Source: Candidatus Krumholzibacteriota bacterium (lineage in GTDB: Bacteria > Krumholzibacteriota > Krumholzibacteriia > LZORAL124-64-63). From it: a stretch of 29,978 bases of DNA. The notes beneath the pieces are model-generated. The model searched no databases and was not told where the DNA came from. It saw only the letters and a list, made by a program, of their open reading frames with translations. The translations under genes were made by a program, and so were the position numbers. Location: NCBI GenBank assembly GCA_039714075.1, contig JBDLKA010000037.1:1-29978 (forward strand), written 5' to 3'. Below are positions 28,869 to 29,978 of this stretch, in pieces; the first letter of the stretch is position 1, and each line of letters starts with the position of its first letter.

Positions 28869-29379
28869 CAAGCAATCCTTCCGGAGGATCGATCACCAAC
28901 GGGCCCTCGAGACCGTCGTCGGGCTGCAGGATCGGAACCACCGCCGGGATCAGGATCTCGGCGCCCCGCTCACCCGGGTCGGGAATCACCAGCAGATATC
29001 CGGCGCCGGTGAAACGCACTTCCTCGACCGTGCCCACGGCTTGCCCCGCGACGGTAACCACCTCGCGGTCCAGGTAACGGAAGGGAAGCCCCCCGGCCGG
29101 GCGCGGGAAATCGGGTTCCAGGTAGCTCTCGCGCCTGAAACCCAGCCGACGACCCACCAGGGCTTCGGCCGCGTTCCGATCGCCGGTTCCGCTGACCTTG
29201 ACGGCCTCGCAACTGCCGGCCGGCCGGTGCCACTGCACCTCCACCGCGGTACCGTCGTCCCAGACGAGGTAGGGTCCCTCCAGCACGGCTTCGTGGAAGT
29301 TCAGCAGGGGGTAGAGCTTGACTTCACCCTTGAGCCCCAGTGCCTTGACCACCTCGCCGATGACAATGAACTGGTCCAT
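28852..29379 (-). CDS. rimM: ribosome maturation factor RimM, 175 aa
   Basis: Motifs IGEVVKALGLKGEVK, DRNAAEALVG, ILIPAV and IDPPEGLLD. Lies between the KH gene and trmD. Confidence 0.93.
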   Translation of the reverse strand: MDQFIVIGEVVKALGLKGEVKLYPLLNFHEAVLEGPYLVWDDGTAVEVQWHRPAGSCEAVKVSGTGDRNAAEALVGRRLGFRRESYLEPDFPRPAGGLPFRYLDREVVTVAGQAVGTVEEVRFTGAGYLLVIPDPGERGAEILIPAVVPILQPDDGLEGPLVIDPPEGLLDVQKG

Positions 29380-29385
29380 GACCGG

Positions 29386-29718
29386 TTACTCGACGATTTC
29401 CAGGCCGATCCGCTGGTCGGTATGGGCGCTGACCGCGGTCAGGATCACCCGCATGGCCTGGGCGGTCTGACCGCCCTTGCCGATGACCTTGCCCAGATCG
29501 GCTTCATTGACCCTGACCTGGTAGATGTCCCGGTCCTGACGCCTGACGATATCGACGGTCACATCCTCGGGATGTGCCACCAGATTCACCACCAGATAGG
29601 AGATGAGTTCGAGCACCCTCTCCTGGCCGATGTTCAACAGGTCGTCCTCGACCTCGGTCGCATCCGCATCCGTCCGGATTTCCTCGTCGCCGGTGGTATT
29701 TTCTTCCTGACCGCTCAC
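29386..29718 (-). CDS. khpA: KH-domain RNA-binding protein (KhpA/YlqC family) with acidic N-terminal extension, 110 aa
   Basis: Motifs LVAHPEDV and DLGKVIGKGGQTAQAMR (KH GxxG loop). The GTG start overlaps the upstream TGA. Conserved rpsP-khpA-rimM order. Confidence 0.92.
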   Translation of the reverse strand: MSGQEENTTGDEEIRTDADATEVEDDLLNIGQERVLELISYLVVNLVAHPEDVTVDIVRRQDRDIYQVRVNEADLGKVIGKGGQTAQAMRVILTAVSAHTDQRIGLEIVE

Positions 29719-29978
29719 TTTTCTTCTTCCTTCTTCTCTTCCTCGGCCTCGGCCTCGGCGGCTTCAGGTTCGGCGGCTTCAGGCGCAGCTTCTGCCACGG
29801 CTTCTTCGGTGGCGGCCTCGGCGGGGGCCTCTTCGGCTGCGGCATCCTCGGCAGGAGCCTCTTCGGCTTCCGCTGCGGCTTCGGCTTCCTCGGCGGCCTT
29901 GGCTTCCGCTTCAGCAGCGGCTTCAGCGGCGGCTTCGGCATCCGCCTTGGCCTTGGCTTCGGCCTCGGCGGCAGCCTT
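29715..29978 (-). CDS. rpsP: C-terminal Ala/Glu-rich tail of a CDS entering from the window edge, probably 30S ribosomal protein S16
   Basis: The frame from 29978 reads KAAAEAEAKAKADAEAAAEAAAEAEAK...EEKKEEEK-stop. Identity rests on synteny and on the known AE-rich S16 tails; the S16 core is outside the window. Confidence 0.7.
   Translation of the reverse strand, partial: KAAAEAEAKAKADAEAAAEAAAEAEAKAAEEAEAAAEAEEAPAEDAAAEEAPAEAATEEAVAEAAPEAAEPEAAEAEAEEEKKEEEK

Noticed and set aside
29504..29941. 145-aa Pro/Lys/Arg-rich ORF
   Set aside because: An off-frame reading of the Ala/Glu-rich tail; it also overlaps khpA.

Overview
GC-rich bacterial chromosomal window with no mobile element or CRISPR array. 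It begins with a minus-strand rRNA operon (tandem sigma70-type promoters, 16S, tRNA-Ile, tRNA-Ala, and 23S cut by the window edge). Next come a class A penicillin-binding protein, a 120-bp intergenic palindrome, a deoB-cdd-pdp nucleoside catabolism operon divergent from rarA-pfkA, an unknown lipoprotein, a small hypothetical protein and tryptophanase. These are followed by a 2056-aa orphan-looking protein, a secreted S8 protease with FG-GAP-like repeats and a C-terminal FlgD-Ig/sorting domain, a candidate structured RNA, and the conserved rpsP-khpA-rimM-trmD-rplS-rnhB-yraN cluster. The 16S signatures and the FlgD-type C-terminal domain suggest a Latescibacterota/Krumholzibacteriota-like (FCB-related) organism; this is inference. 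The standout is the 2056-aa protein. Read by eye it is a TPR-like N-terminus fused in order to DEDDh-exonuclease-, DinG-, RecQ- and UvrD-like modules in which essentially every catalytic motif is substituted, i.e. an intact multi-module pseudo-helicase. All assignments come from manual motif reading; no database search was run.
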